From: an uncultured Chitinophagales bacterium
GTDB taxonomy: Bacteria; Bacteroidota; Bacteroidia; Chitinophagales; BACL12
Length of the DNA stretch: 64,000 nucleotides
Reading direction: 5' to 3'
Assembly: GCA_964492065.1 (NCBI GenBank)
Contig: CAZBHH010000010.1
Span: 14,512-78,511 of the forward strand
This document shows positions 1-9,234 of the stretch, in pieces. The notes beneath the pieces are model-generated. The model saw only the letters and a program-made list of their open reading frames with translations, ran no database searches and was not told where the DNA came from. Each line of letters starts with the position of its first letter. Within the stretch, counting starts at the first letter, position 1. A program made the translations under genes and the position numbers.

Positions 1-220
1 CGCCTTCAATTAACGCCTGAAGGCCTGTATCGCCGACCTTTTGAATGATGCGGTACAGAACCACGCCCAGTATGGCTGAAGCGATAACAGAGAGCAGCAC
101 TGCCGTCCACAGATATTTCTTTTGCGCCGTGAGCCCCTGCTTGTCTAAAACCGTGTAGATTATGCCGACAATTAACGAAGCCTCAAGACATTCACGCAGC
201 GTTATGATAAATTCATTCAT
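1..220 (-). CDS. FTR1/EfeU-family iron permease, N-terminal fragment (gene runs off the left window edge)
   Basis: My own reverse-strand translation from ATG (220-218) gives MNEFIITLRECLEASLIVGIIYTVLDKQGLTAQKKYLWTAVLLSVIASAILG... and stays open to position 1. It has an RExxE motif (RECLE) in a hydrophobic N-terminus, as in FTR1 permeases. It is absent from the ORF track because it is edge-truncated. Confidence 0.6.
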   Translation of the reverse strand, partial: MNEFIITLRECLEASLIVGIIYTVLDKQGLTAQKKYLWTAVLLSVIASAILGVVLYRIIQKVGDTGLQALIEG

Positions 221-397
221 TACTATGCTTTTTCAAAATTTTAATGCTGACAAACTTACGCCAGCCGCAACTAAATAAGGGCTTGTAAACCGGTATTGCG
301 GCCGATTCATGAACAAATACCCTGAAGTAGGTATTCATTATTGCAATAGAGAATGTCCATAGCATATCGTTACTTTGCACAACTAAACACTTAACCA

Positions 398-2011
398 TTG
401 AGCGAACGAAGTCCGAAATTTTTATACCCTCTCGCATTTTCATTGGTGCTCGTTTTCGGCGTGTATCTCGGGAGCCGCATCGCACCTGCTTCTTCAGGCA
501 AACCGTCGCATAGCCAAAGCCGGAGCGCCTACACCAAAATCGACAGCATTTTACAATTTATTGACAACCGGTATGTAGATTCCATCAATGCGGATTCGCT
601 GGTGCAAATTCTCATTAACAGGATGTTAAATAAACCGGAAACCATCGACTCGCTGTTTAAAATGCTCGACCCGCATTCCAACTATATCCCCGCAGCGGAA
701 TTACAGTCGTTCAACGAAGATCTGCAGGGCAATTTCGATGGCATCGGCATCGAGTTCAATATCCTCAACGATACGATTTATGTGGTAGCTCCATTGTCGG
801 GTGGACCCAGCGAAAAATTGGGTATTCTTTCCGGCGATAAAATTATTGCCATCGATGATTCGGTAGTTGCCGGCAACGGCATCACCAATGAGAAAGTGGT
901 GCGCCTTCTGCGTGGGAAAAAGGGAACAACAGTAAAGGTGCAGATTTACCGCAAAGGCGAACCCGATCTGCTCGACTTTGAAATAACCCGCGATAAAATC
1001 CCGGTGTACAGCGTGGATGTAGCCTATATGGTCACTCCCGAAATCGGGTATATTCGCATCAATAAATTCGCAAAGGAGACGCCATTTGAATTTGCCGAGG
1101 GCGTTAAAAAATTATTAGACAGCGGAATGACCCGGATGATTATGGACCTGCGGGGCAATCCGGGAGGCTATCTCACCGGCGCTGTCGACCTGGCGGATCA
1201 ATTAATCCCCGGCAAGCGCCTCATCGTATATACCGATGGCCGTGCCGTCGGGCGCAGCGATTATTTTTCCGGCAAGATGGGTTTGTTTGAGAGTGGTGAC
1301 CTCGTGGTGCTGATCAATGAAGGCTCTGCCTCCGCCAGTGAAATCCTGGCCGGCGCTCTGCAGGACAATGACCGGGCAACAATTATCGGGCACCGCTCCT
1401 TTGGCAAAGGCCTTGTTCAGGAAATATATACCCTGCCCGACAATTCCGCAATTCGCCTGACTATTGCGAGGTACTACACACCTGATGGCAAGAGTATCCA
1501 GCGCTCATACGAAAGCGGCGTCGATGCCTATTACGACCAGTATGTAAGCATTTTGGAAAACGGCGGCGAACTGCCCGACAGTTTAAAAAATAACCCGGAT
1601 ATGGATTGGGGTATTCATCCCGATATCCAGGTACCAGTAGATACAACTGCGCATACCGTGTATTTTAACCGCCTGTATAACCGCGGATATATCAATCAAT
1701 TTGCATACTCGTATTACAGTGAGCACAGCGCAGATTTTTCACGCTTTGAAAGTTGGGAAGCTTTTAACCAAAACTTCCACGTGGACGATGCGATGTTTAA
1801 ATCGTTTGTTGCCTTTGCCGACAGCCGGGACACTGCATTCCGGGTGACAGAAGAACAGGCAGCGCCGGTGCGAAGTAAAATTGATGTCGCAATTAAAGCC
1901 TTCCTCGCAAGGCAAAAATGGGGCAATGATGGCTTCTATCCGATTATGAATACCATCGATGCGGACTTTCAACGGGCTATGCAGTTTTTGCAGTCGCCCG
2001 GTAAACAGTGA
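398..2011 (+). CDS. S41-family carboxy-terminal processing peptidase (Ctp/Tsp-like)
   Basis: 537-aa ORF with an N-terminal TM/signal segment and a PDZ-like region. S41 motifs are GNPGGYL, the catalytic Ser context EGSASASEI and the Lys context SFGKG. The start codon is TTG (398-400), with no in-frame ATG nearby. Confidence 0.9.
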   Translation: MSERSPKFLYPLAFSLVLVFGVYLGSRIAPASSGKPSHSQSRSAYTKIDSILQFIDNRYVDSINADSLVQILINRMLNKPETIDSLFKMLDPHSNYIPAAELQSFNEDLQGNFDGIGIEFNILNDTIYVVAPLSGGPSEKLGILSGDKIIAIDDSVVAGNGITNEKVVRLLRGKKGTTVKVQIYRKGEPDLLDFEITRDKIPVYSVDVAYMVTPEIGYIRINKFAKETPFEFAEGVKKLLDSGMTRMIMDLRGNPGGYLTGAVDLADQLIPGKRLIVYTDGRAVGRSDYFSGKMGLFESGDLVVLINEGSASASEILAGALQDNDRATIIGHRSFGKGLVQEIYTLPDNSAIRLTIARYYTPDGKSIQRSYESGVDAYYDQYVSILENGGELPDSLKNNPDMDWGIHPDIQVPVDTTAHTVYFNRLYNRGYINQFAYSYYSEHSADFSRFESWEAFNQNFHVDDAMFKSFVAFADSRDTAFRVTEEQAAPVRSKIDVAIKAFLARQKWGNDGFYPIMNTIDADFQRAMQFLQSPGKQ

Positions 2012-2217
2012 TACAGTCATTGGCAATAGATACCGATGCAGGCGCCATGCAATAGCCACCCGCATCGGCGCTTCATTCGAACACCGTTGAACCCGGTAGA
2101 TCGTTGGAGCTACAATTGGTTTTGATTAGAGCAACCCGTCATGCTGGTTGCTAATAAGGCGTGGAGTTGGAAATTGTTATTTTTAAGTCATAAAAATTTC
2201 AAACAGTATAAAAAGCG

Positions 2218-2424
2218 ATGTTAAGACTACTTCCCTACCTGGCCAATCCGGTTTTTATGACATTTGTCGTGGTCAGTTTCCTGATGCTTTGCATGCTCGC
2301 CTATTTATTTTTTCTAAAATCCATTAAGGACAAACCGGTGGATCCCGACCGGTCTGAAATTCAAATCAACGATATTTTCCTGCGCACCAAACACAAAAAA
2401 CCCCGCCGTGACGGCAGGGTATAA
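2218..2424 (+). CDS. hypothetical small membrane protein (one predicted TM helix)
   Basis: 68-aa ORF with an ATG start, a hydrophobic stretch (VFMTFVVVSFLMLCMLAYLFFL) and a basic tail. No recognisable family, so it may not be real. Confidence 0.3.
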   Translation: MLRLLPYLANPVFMTFVVVSFLMLCMLAYLFFLKSIKDKPVDPDRSEIQINDIFLRTKHKKPRRDGRV

Positions 2425-2442
2425 CATTGCTGTTCAGACAAT

Positions 2443-2667
2443 TTACTGAGCGGCTTCAGTATTCTCAGTTCCAGCTACTTCGCCCATTTCTGCGGATCCT
2501 GTAGTTGTTTCTTCGGCTGCCGTCAAGGTCTCGGAGGCGCCTTCCTGTACCTGTTCAGTCAAGTCCTCTCCACCATCTTCCGGAGCCGGTTCTTTTTCTT
2601 TCTTAGAGTTGCAGGCTACCAATGCGGTTAATGCCAGCGCAACAGCAAAAATTGATAATTTTTTCAT
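2443..2667 (-). CDS. small acidic lipoprotein, function unknown
   Basis: 74 aa. The signal peptide has a lipobox (ALTALVAC) followed by NSKKEKE. The rest is E/T/A-rich and low complexity. Confidence 0.55.
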   Translation of the reverse strand: MKKLSIFAVALALTALVACNSKKEKEPAPEDGGEDLTEQVQEGASETLTAAEETTTGSAEMGEVAGTENTEAAQ

Positions 2668-2725
2668 CGTCGTTGTTTTTTTGATTTATAATTTGAAATC
2701 AAAAATAAATAATTATTAACAAAGA

Positions 2726-4039
2726 TTATTTCTGCCGGAAAAAAATATTCACAGGTGTGCCCGATAACCGGAAGTGTTCCCGCAGTTTGTTTTCCAGGAA
2801 GTTGCGGTAAGGTTCGCGGATGTCTTTCGGGTGATTGGTAAAAAAGGCAAAAGTGGGAATGCGTGCGGGCAGTTGTGTGATGTATTTAATCCTGATATGC
2901 TTTCCCCTGACTGCCGGCGGCGGATAAGCGTCGATCAGCGGCAACAACTTCTCATTCAGTTCGGAAGTATTTACTTTTAAGCTCCTGTTTTCAAACACTT
3001 CCAGGGCGGTTTCCATAGCTTTAAAAATCCGAGTCTTATCCAGGGCGGAAATAAACAGTACCGGCACATCCTTAAAAGGCGCCAGCCTGGATTTGATATG
3101 CGCTTCGTAGTACTTCATACTGTTGGTATCCTTTTCGACGGCATCCCATTTATTCACCAGTACGACTACGCCTTTGCGCTTCTTAACAATTGTGCTGAAT
3201 ATAGACAGGTCCTGGCTCTCAATGCCCAGTGTTGCATCCATTACCAACAGGCATACATCGGCTTCATCAATCGCCTTGATTGCACGGATTACGGTATAAA
3301 ATTCCAGGTTTTCCTTTACAACACCTTTCTTGCGGATACCCGCCGTATCGATTAACAAAAAATCCTTGTTGAACATGCGATACCGGGTATGGATGGCATC
3401 CCGTGTAGTGCCGGCGATATCGGTAACTATGTTGCGGTCTTCGCCGGTAAGCGCATTGATCAAAGTCGATTTGCCCACATTGGGTTGACCGACGATAGCG
3501 AACTTCGGTAACTGTGCCCAGTCGCCGCTGACGGTGGATACGTCATCGGGTATTTGTTCAACGATGGCGTCCAGCAATTCGCCGGTACCGCTGCCGGTAA
3601 TGGACGAAACAAAGAAGATGTGTTCGAACCCGGCGCTGTAGAATTCGGAAGCCTGCAATAACCTGCCCGCATTGTCCACCTTATTTACGATGAGAAAAAC
3701 CCGCTTCTGCACCTTGCGCAGCTTTTTAAGCATCTCATCATCCAGGTCGGTCATGCCGGTGGTGACATCTACCATAAAGAGCAACAGCGAGGCTTCCTCA
3801 ATGGCGATGAGCACCTGGTTGCGAATCGCCTTTTCAAAGACATCGTCCGAATGAGCGACAAAGCCGCCGGTGTCAATCACATCGAATTGTTTCCCGTTCC
3901 ATTCGGAACTTCCGTATTGACGATCGCGGGTAACACCGCTCTGGTCATCCACAATTGCCTGCCTTTCACCGACTAATCGGTTGAACAAGGTGGACTTACC
4001 CACGTTTGGCCTGCCTATAATTGCAACTGTAAAGCCCAT
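2726..4039 (-). CDS. der: ribosome-associated GTPase Der (EngA)
   Basis: 437 aa with two tandem GTPase domains (P-loops GRPNVGKST and GQPNVGKST; NKVD and NKWD G4 motifs) plus a KH-like C-terminus. Confidence 0.95.
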   Translation of the reverse strand: MGFTVAIIGRPNVGKSTLFNRLVGERQAIVDDQSGVTRDRQYGSSEWNGKQFDVIDTGGFVAHSDDVFEKAIRNQVLIAIEEASLLLFMVDVTTGMTDLDDEMLKKLRKVQKRVFLIVNKVDNAGRLLQASEFYSAGFEHIFFVSSITGSGTGELLDAIVEQIPDDVSTVSGDWAQLPKFAIVGQPNVGKSTLINALTGEDRNIVTDIAGTTRDAIHTRYRMFNKDFLLIDTAGIRKKGVVKENLEFYTVIRAIKAIDEADVCLLVMDATLGIESQDLSIFSTIVKKRKGVVVLVNKWDAVEKDTNSMKYYEAHIKSRLAPFKDVPVLFISALDKTRIFKAMETALEVFENRSLKVNTSELNEKLLPLIDAYPPPAVRGKHIRIKYITQLPARIPTFAFFTNHPKDIREPYRNFLENKLREHFRLSGTPVNIFFRQK

Positions 4040-4049
4040 GTCTTCAGAT

Positions 4050-4075
4050 AAAAAAAGGCTGAAAAAATTTCAGCC
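4050..4075 (-). terminator. intrinsic terminator downstream of tRNA-Met, ending about 10 nt before the der start codon
   Basis: Perfect inverted repeat ggctgaaa (4057-4064) / tttcagcc (4068-4075) with a 3-nt loop. On the minus strand it is followed by a run of 7 T (plus-strand A-run 4050-4056). Confidence 0.6.
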
Positions 4076-4084
4076 CATTGATTG

Positions 4085-4157
<73 letters not shown>

Positions 4158-4170
4158 GTTTTTGCGACTG

Positions 4171-4200
4171 CAAAGATAGGCAATATATAACCCATATCAA
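4171..4200 (-). promoter_or_regulatory. Bacteroidota-type promoter for tRNA-Met (-33 TTG, 19-nt spacer, -7 TATCTTTG)
   Basis: The minus strand reads TTG-ATATGGGTTATATATTGCC-TATCTTTG. The -7 box ends 13 nt upstream of tRNA position 1. This matches the TTG-N19-TAnnTTTG consensus described for Bacteroides-type sigma-A promoters. Confidence 0.55.
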
Positions 4201-4209
4201 AGCCTTGTG

Positions 4210-4217
4210 TATTTTTG
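4210..4217 (+). promoter_or_regulatory. candidate -7 box (TATTTTTG) upstream of era
   Basis: Matches TAnnTTTG and ends 4 nt before the era ATG (4222), which would imply a near-leaderless mRNA. No well-spaced -33 TTG was seen. Confidence 0.3.
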
Positions 4218-4221
4218 ACCG

Positions 4222-5094
4222 ATGGCATTTAAATCGGGATTTGTAAATATTATCGGCAAACCCAATGCGGGCAAGTCCACGCTGATGAATTTCCTGGTGG
4301 GCGAAAGGCTGTCCATTATTACAGCCAAAGCACAAACTACCCGGAGGCGCATTATCGGTATCGTCAATACCCCGGAGATGCAAATTGTGTATTCGGATAC
4401 TCCCGGCATAGTCAGCGATCCGCAGTACAAATTACACGAGCGGATGAATGCTCAAATACTCACTGCCCTCGAAGATGCCGATGTACTGATCTATCTTGCT
4501 ACACCCGATGAAGATTCCATACCGGAAATTGCAGCGCTTGAACGCCTGCGCATTCCATTGATTATTGCACTGAATAAAATAGATACCATTTCCGATAGCG
4601 TTGCGGAAGAAAAACTGCAGTACTGGAAACAGCGCTTTCCCAATGCGCACGTATTTGGCATTTCGGCACTAAAAAATACGCATCTGGACGATCTGCAAAC
4701 CTGTATTATCGAAAATATACCGGAACACCCTGCGTATTACGATGCCGACGCACTTACCGATCTTCCCGAGCGATTCTTTGTTGCGGAAATTATCCGCGAG
4801 AAAATCCTGGAACAATACGAAAAAGAAATTCCCTATGCGGCAGAAGTGGTGGTGACTGCCTTTAAGGAGAAACCCGATATTACGGTTATCGCCGCAGAGA
4901 TTTTCATTATCCGCGAAACGCAAAAAATTATACTCATTGGCAAAGGCGGCAGCGCCATTAAAAAACTGGGTACGGCAGCACGCAGGGATATCGAATCATT
5001 CTTACAGAAAAAAGTGTTTTTAGAATTGCATGTCAAAGTAAAAGGCGATTGGAAAAACAATGAGCGGATGTTAAAGCAATTCGGTTATGAATAA
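4222..5094 (+). CDS. era: GTPase Era
   Basis: 290 aa with P-loop GKPNAGKST, DTPG, an NKID G4 motif and a C-terminal KH domain (GKGGSAIKKLG). Confidence 0.95.
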   Translation: MAFKSGFVNIIGKPNAGKSTLMNFLVGERLSIITAKAQTTRRRIIGIVNTPEMQIVYSDTPGIVSDPQYKLHERMNAQILTALEDADVLIYLATPDEDSIPEIAALERLRIPLIIALNKIDTISDSVAEEKLQYWKQRFPNAHVFGISALKNTHLDDLQTCIIENIPEHPAYYDADALTDLPERFFVAEIIREKILEQYEKEIPYAAEVVVTAFKEKPDITVIAAEIFIIRETQKIILIGKGGSAIKKLGTAARRDIESFLQKKVFLELHVKVKGDWKNNERMLKQFGYE

Positions 5095-5232
5095 GTGCCA
5101 GCCGTATTATCTGACACACGCCGGTGTAAAATTGCAGGAACACGTTATGCTATGCCGGCAATTTCAATCGGCGCAAGCCGGCACCCCTCCGGCAATCTGA
5201 CAATTGCGCACCACATTCCAGCGAACCTTCTC

Positions 5233-5240
5233 TATCTTTG
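5233..5240 (+). promoter_or_regulatory. candidate -7 box (TATCTTTG) upstream of trxB
   Basis: Matches TAnnTTTG, 28 nt upstream of the ATG at 5269. The nearest upstream TTG (5204-5206) has a 26-nt spacer, which is longer than the consensus. Confidence 0.3.
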
Positions 5241-5268
5241 CGGGTTGAATAATCATATTTCAGAAAAG

Positions 5269-6204
5269 ATGAGCGAAATAAAAACATGTGTGATCATCGG
5301 TTCCGGCCCTGCCGGTTACACGGCGGCAATTTATGCGGCGAGAGCTAACCTCAACCCGGTAATATTTACCGGTATAGAGCCGGGAGGCCAGTTAATGCAA
5401 ACGACGGATGTGGAAAATTATCCCGGATATCCTTCGGGAATTTTGGGGCCGGAAATGATGGAAGATTTTAAAAAACAAGCCGAGCGCTTTGGAACTGATA
5501 TTCGCTTTGGCATTGTCAACAAAGTGGACTTCAGCGGTAAAATAAAAAAATTATGGCTGGACAACGGCGAAGAAATTCAGGCGCACAGCGTCATTATTGC
5601 AACGGGCGCCTCTGCTAAGTGGCTCGGTCTGGAATCTGAGAAACGGCTGAACGGCAATGGCGTTTCGGCATGTGCCGTGTGCGACGGCTTCTTCTTCCGC
5701 AATCAAACCGTTGCCCTGGTCGGCGGCGGCGATACGGCGTGTGAAGAAGCACTCTACCTCGCCAAACTTTGCACCAAAGTGCATATGCTCGTGCGCAAGG
5801 ATCATTTCAGGGCATCCAAAATTATGCAGGATCGGGTAATGGGTACTTCCAATATCGAAATTCACTGGAATACCGAAGCAGTGGAAGTTTTGGGTGAAAC
5901 AACTGTCGAAGGCATGCGAGTAAAAAACAATATCACCGGGGAAATGCGGGAAATACCCATAACCGGTTTTTTTGTCGCCATCGGGCATCAGCCCAACACC
6001 GCTATCTTTAAGGGTATCCTGGACATGGATGCACAGGAATATCTGGTTACCCGTCCCGGCAGTTCAAAGACGAATATTGAAGGCGTATTTGCCGCCGGCG
6101 ATGTTCAGGATAAAACGTACAGACAGGCAGTAACCGCTGCCGGATCGGGATGCATGGCAGCACTGGATGCCGAAAGATATTTAACCGAATTGGGAATTGA
6201 ATAA
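5269..6204 (+). CDS. trxB: thioredoxin-disulfide reductase
   Basis: From MSEIKTCVIIGSGPAGYTAAIYA (FAD GxGxxG). It has the redox-active CAVCDG motif and an NADPH-site GGGDTACEEA. I trimmed the ORF-track start (GTG at 5095) to the ATG at 5269, because the extra 58 aa are non-homologous-looking and contain the candidate promoter. Confidence 0.93.
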   Translation: MSEIKTCVIIGSGPAGYTAAIYAARANLNPVIFTGIEPGGQLMQTTDVENYPGYPSGILGPEMMEDFKKQAERFGTDIRFGIVNKVDFSGKIKKLWLDNGEEIQAHSVIIATGASAKWLGLESEKRLNGNGVSACAVCDGFFFRNQTVALVGGGDTACEEALYLAKLCTKVHMLVRKDHFRASKIMQDRVMGTSNIEIHWNTEAVEVLGETTVEGMRVKNNITGEMREIPITGFFVAIGHQPNTAIFKGILDMDAQEYLVTRPGSSKTNIEGVFAAGDVQDKTYRQAVTAAGSGCMAALDAERYLTELGIE

Positions 6205-6248
6205 ACAGCACACTCGTTGCGCTGCCATTCATTTCACAGAATACTGTT

Positions 6249-6794
6249 ATGCTGAACCGACAACCGAATACGATTTATAACTTTAACGCAATTGGTTTGG
6301 ATGGAAAAGACACAGCGCTGTCGGGATTTAAGGGAAAGGTATTGCTGATAGTCAATACGGCAACCCATTGCGGCCAGGTTGCCCAACTGCATAAACTGGA
6401 AAAAATCTACAATCAATATAAGAACCGGGGATTTGAAATACTCGCCTTCCCCTGTAATCAATTTGCAGGACAGGAACCCCTGACAGGAAAAGCCATTGAA
6501 GATTTTTGCAAGACAAGGTATAACATAAGTTTTCCCATATTCCAAAAGATATATGTTCGCGGTAATCAAGCGCATCCGCTGTTTCAATTTTTTGGAGATA
6601 AAAAACAAAATGGAAAATTCAGCATCTATCCGTTATGGAATTATTATAAGTTTTTAGTTGACAGTAACGGCTATGTAATTTCATATTTTACAACCTTGAC
6701 TCAACCCGACAGCAAAAAGATTATGGGCGCAATTGAACATGCGCTTTCCGGTAATGCCGGCAGTCCAAAAGGCTCAACAAGAATAAACCGTTAG
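6249..6794 (+). CDS. glutathione peroxidase family protein
   Basis: 181 aa with GPx motifs: VNTATHCG (peroxidatic Cys), FPCNQFAGQEP and a WNYYKFLV-type (WNF.KFLV) motif. Confidence 0.88.
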   Translation: MLNRQPNTIYNFNAIGLDGKDTALSGFKGKVLLIVNTATHCGQVAQLHKLEKIYNQYKNRGFEILAFPCNQFAGQEPLTGKAIEDFCKTRYNISFPIFQKIYVRGNQAHPLFQFFGDKKQNGKFSIYPLWNYYKFLVDSNGYVISYFTTLTQPDSKKIMGAIEHALSGNAGSPKGSTRINR

Positions 6795-6797
6795 AAA

Positions 6798-7514
6798 ATG
6801 AAAATAAATATACTTGCATTTGGCGTTCATCCCGACGATGTGGAATTGGGTTGCGGCGGATTACTGCTCAATGAGGCCGCAAACGGAAAAACCACAGGTA
6901 TCATCGATATTACCCTGGGAGAAATGGGCACCCGCGGCAATACGGAAATCCGCTTGCGGGAAGCGGCAGATGCCGCCGCTATTTTAGGAGTCTCTATGCG
7001 TGACAATCTGCGGCTTGCAGATGTATTCTTTGACAATAACCGCGAATCAAAAATAAGAGTGATAGAGGTAATCCGGGAGTATCAACCCGATGTAGTTATT
7101 TGCAATGCGCTGTGGGACCGCCATCCCGACCACGGCCGCAGCAATCAATTAGTTGAAGACGCCTGTTTCCTGGCCGGATTAATAAAGATTGAAACTGTTT
7201 ACAAAGATAAACCACAGCAGCCCTGGCGCCCGCAACTCGTTTTGCATTACATCCAGGACAGATTTATCAAACCGGATTTTGTAGTGGATGTAACAGATGT
7301 GTGGGAAACGAGAATGGCGGCGATTATGGCACATAAAAGCCAGATGTATAACCCCGATTCGAATGAGCCCGAAACCTATATTGCCTCTAAAGCATTCCTG
7401 GAGAATATCGACGCCCGGGCGCTTGAATTCGGCAGGCCTTGCGGATTCCGCTATGCAGAAGGATTTACCTGTAATAAAACACTCGGATTAAAGAGTATCG
7501 ACGGGCTGTATTGA
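6798..7514 (+). CDS. bshB1: PIG-L/LmbE-family deacetylase, BshB1-like (bacillithiol biosynthesis)
   Basis: 238 aa with GVHPDDVELGCGG and the HPDH zinc-binding motifs characteristic of LmbE/BshB1 deacetylases. Confidence 0.75.
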   Translation: MKINILAFGVHPDDVELGCGGLLLNEAANGKTTGIIDITLGEMGTRGNTEIRLREAADAAAILGVSMRDNLRLADVFFDNNRESKIRVIEVIREYQPDVVICNALWDRHPDHGRSNQLVEDACFLAGLIKIETVYKDKPQQPWRPQLVLHYIQDRFIKPDFVVDVTDVWETRMAAIMAHKSQMYNPDSNEPETYIASKAFLENIDARALEFGRPCGFRYAEGFTCNKTLGLKSIDGLY

Positions 7515-7550
7515 AATGCTTCAGCCCGCGATTCAAATTACAACACCGGC

Positions 7551-7581
7551 CAAAAAAAATTCCGCCGTTTGGCGGCGGAAT
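7551..7581 (-). terminator. intrinsic terminator ending the rpsP-rimM-trmD-rplS operon
   Basis: 9-bp perfect stem attccgccg (7559-7567) / cggcggaat (7573-7581) with a 5-nt loop. On the minus strand it is followed by a T-run (plus-strand A-run 7552-7558). It lies between the convergent bshB1 and rplS genes. Confidence 0.7.
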
Positions 7582-7604
7582 ATCTTATCGTTGAAACTTG
7601 CGTT

Positions 7605-7967
7605 TTATTCGGCTGATGTATTGGCCCTGTTTTCCTTGATACGGGCGCTCTTACCTTTCAGGCCTCTGAGGTAGAAGATTCTGCTGCGGCGCACCTTGCC
7701 CACTTTATTCAGTTCAATTTTATCGATGTTCGGTGAAAACAAGGGAAAAATCCTCTCAACACCTACGCCGTTGGAAATCTTCCGAACGGTAAATGTCTGG
7801 GTGCGGCCTCTGCCTTTTTTCTGAAGCACATCCCCGCGGAATAACTGGATACGGCTCTTATCGCCTTCCACAATTTTATAGTGTACCGTTACATTGTCTC
7901 CCGCTTTAAAGGCAGGTATATCCCTGGAAGGAATCAATTCAGTTTCGAGGCTCTTAAGCATTTCCAT
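7605..7967 (-). CDS. rplS: 50S ribosomal protein L19
   Basis: 120 aa. The segment FKAGDNVTVHYKIVEGDKSRIQLFRGDVLQKKGRGRTQTFTVRK is typical of L19, and the position downstream of trmD is conserved. Confidence 0.95.
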   Translation of the reverse strand: MEMLKSLETELIPSRDIPAFKAGDNVTVHYKIVEGDKSRIQLFRGDVLQKKGRGRTQTFTVRKISNGVGVERIFPLFSPNIDKIELNKVGKVRRSRIFYLRGLKGKSARIKENRANTSAE

Positions 7968-8031
7968 AACATCACTTTTAAAATGGAAGGCAAAGTTACA
8001 AATTGCACTTTCTATTTACAAACTGCGCACT

Positions 8032-8709
8032 TTATTCTTCCAATAATCCCGGTCTGCGCTGCCGGGTTCTTTCCAGCGCCTGCTCGTGGCGCCAGCTTTC
8101 GATGCGGGCGGCATGCCCGCTCAGCAATACTTCCGGCACTTTCCATCCGTTGAAATCTGCCGGTCTCGTGTACACCGGTGGCGACAATAAGCTGTCCTGG
8201 AACGAGTCGCTGAGAGCCGAGGTCTCATCATTGAGCACGCCCGGCAGCAGCCTGCCGATAGAGTCCACCAGGACGGCAGCCGCTAATTCACCGCCGCTCA
8301 ACACGTAATTGCCGATGGAGATTTCCCGGGTAACCAGGTGTTGCCGCACTCTCTCGTCCACGCCTTTGTAATGGCCACACAACAACAGCAGATTGGCTTT
8401 TAATGACAAAGTATTGGCCATTGGCTGGTCCAATATTGCGCCGTCGGGGGATAGGTAAATGATGTCGTCGTAATGCGTTTGGGACTGCAATGTCCGGATG
8501 CAGTTAAAAATCGGCTCAACCATCAAAACCATCCCGGCGCCCCCGCCAAACTGGTAATCGTCCACCTGCCGGTGGTTATAGGTGCTGTAATCCCGGAGAT
8601 TGACGAGGTTAACTTCCAGCAATCCCTTATCCTGAGCTCGTTTTAAAATACTGTGGCTCAGCGGGCTTTGCAGTAATTCAGGCAACACCGTAATGATATC
8701 AATGCGCAT
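8032..8709 (-). CDS. trmD: tRNA (guanine37-N1)-methyltransferase
   Basis: 225 aa: [11 protein letters not shown]..., a SPOUT-fold motif ([10 protein letters not shown]) and [10 protein letters not shown]. Confidence 0.95.
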   Translation of the reverse strand: MRIDIITVLPELLQSPLSHSILKRAQDKGLLEVNLVNLRDYSTYNHRQVDDYQFGGGAGMVLMVEPIFNCIRTLQSQTHYDDIIYLSPDGAILDQPMANTLSLKANLLLLCGHYKGVDERVRQHLVTREISIGNYVLSGGELAAAVLVDSIGRLLPGVLNDETSALSDSFQDSLLSPPVYTRPADFNGWKVPEVLLSGHAARIESWRHEQALERTRQRRPGLLEE

Positions 8710-8721
8710 GTGTATGCAATT

Positions 8722-9231
8722 TTAAATATCTAAGATACCCTCCGGCGCCTGTATGTACAGAATTTTTCGTTTTTCATCCACTTGCCGTATCATGTCGGGG
8801 TGCAAGGCGAGGAGGAAATCCCTGGCATCCTGTTGCACTGTAACAAGATCATATGCACCCATAGATGTAATATTGCGTATTGCGCCTAACGTACCTAAAT
8901 CACTGTCTATCACAATAAAGTCCAAGAACCCCTGGTCCGGCGTTTCTTCCTTGTGAATTCTATATTCCGGCCTGCCCCAGACTTTCTGTTTTACCAGGGC
9001 TGCCGCTTTTTCCCTGGTCTGGATTTCGTCCAACTCAACGATAGCCCCTCCAAAATCTGCATATTCTATTTTCGCTATAAAAAAGGGAACATAATCATCA
9101 CGGTGTAAAAAAAAGAGCGCCTCGGATTTCGATAACGCCCTTATATTTTCTAAAAAAGCTATGCGCAATGCACCTTTTACACCATGTGTGCGCAATACGT
9201 AACCGATCTCGATTAACGAACCGGGAATCAA
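8722..9231 (-). CDS. rimM: 16S rRNA processing protein RimM
   Basis: 169 aa with an N-terminal IGYVLRTHGVKGALRI motif and a PRC-barrel-like C-terminus, in the conserved rpsP-rimM-trmD context. Confidence 0.9.
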   Translation of the reverse strand: MIPGSLIEIGYVLRTHGVKGALRIAFLENIRALSKSEALFFLHRDDYVPFFIAKIEYADFGGAIVELDEIQTREKAAALVKQKVWGRPEYRIHKEETPDQGFLDFIVIDSDLGTLGAIRNITSMGAYDLVTVQQDARDFLLALHPDMIRQVDEKRKILYIQAPEGILDI

Positions 9232-9234
9232 TGT

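Noticed and set aside
213-485. 90-aa minus-strand ORF spanning the permease/ctp intergenic region.
   Set aside because: It overlaps the ctp 5' end and the permease start, and its composition shows no family resemblance. It is most likely a chance ORF.
2033-2152. Two hairpins downstream of ctp (ccgatgc...gcatcgg, and agcaacc...ggttgct) considered as a terminator or riboswitch.
   Set aside because: No T-run follows either stem, and I recognise no conserved riboswitch core. They may still be weak structure, so I make no call.
5153-5183. Inverted repeat tgccggc / gccggca (17-nt loop), plus a third ccggca copy, in the era-trxB spacer.
   Set aside because: The stem is short and GC-rich, the loop is long, and there is no T-run. 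The evidence is too weak to call a terminator or operator.
5095-5268. N-terminal 58-codon extension of trxB from a GTG start, as in the ORF track.
   Set aside because: The extension has no TrxB-like sequence. The canonical FAD-binding N-terminus begins at the ATG at 5269, and the extension contains a candidate promoter box.
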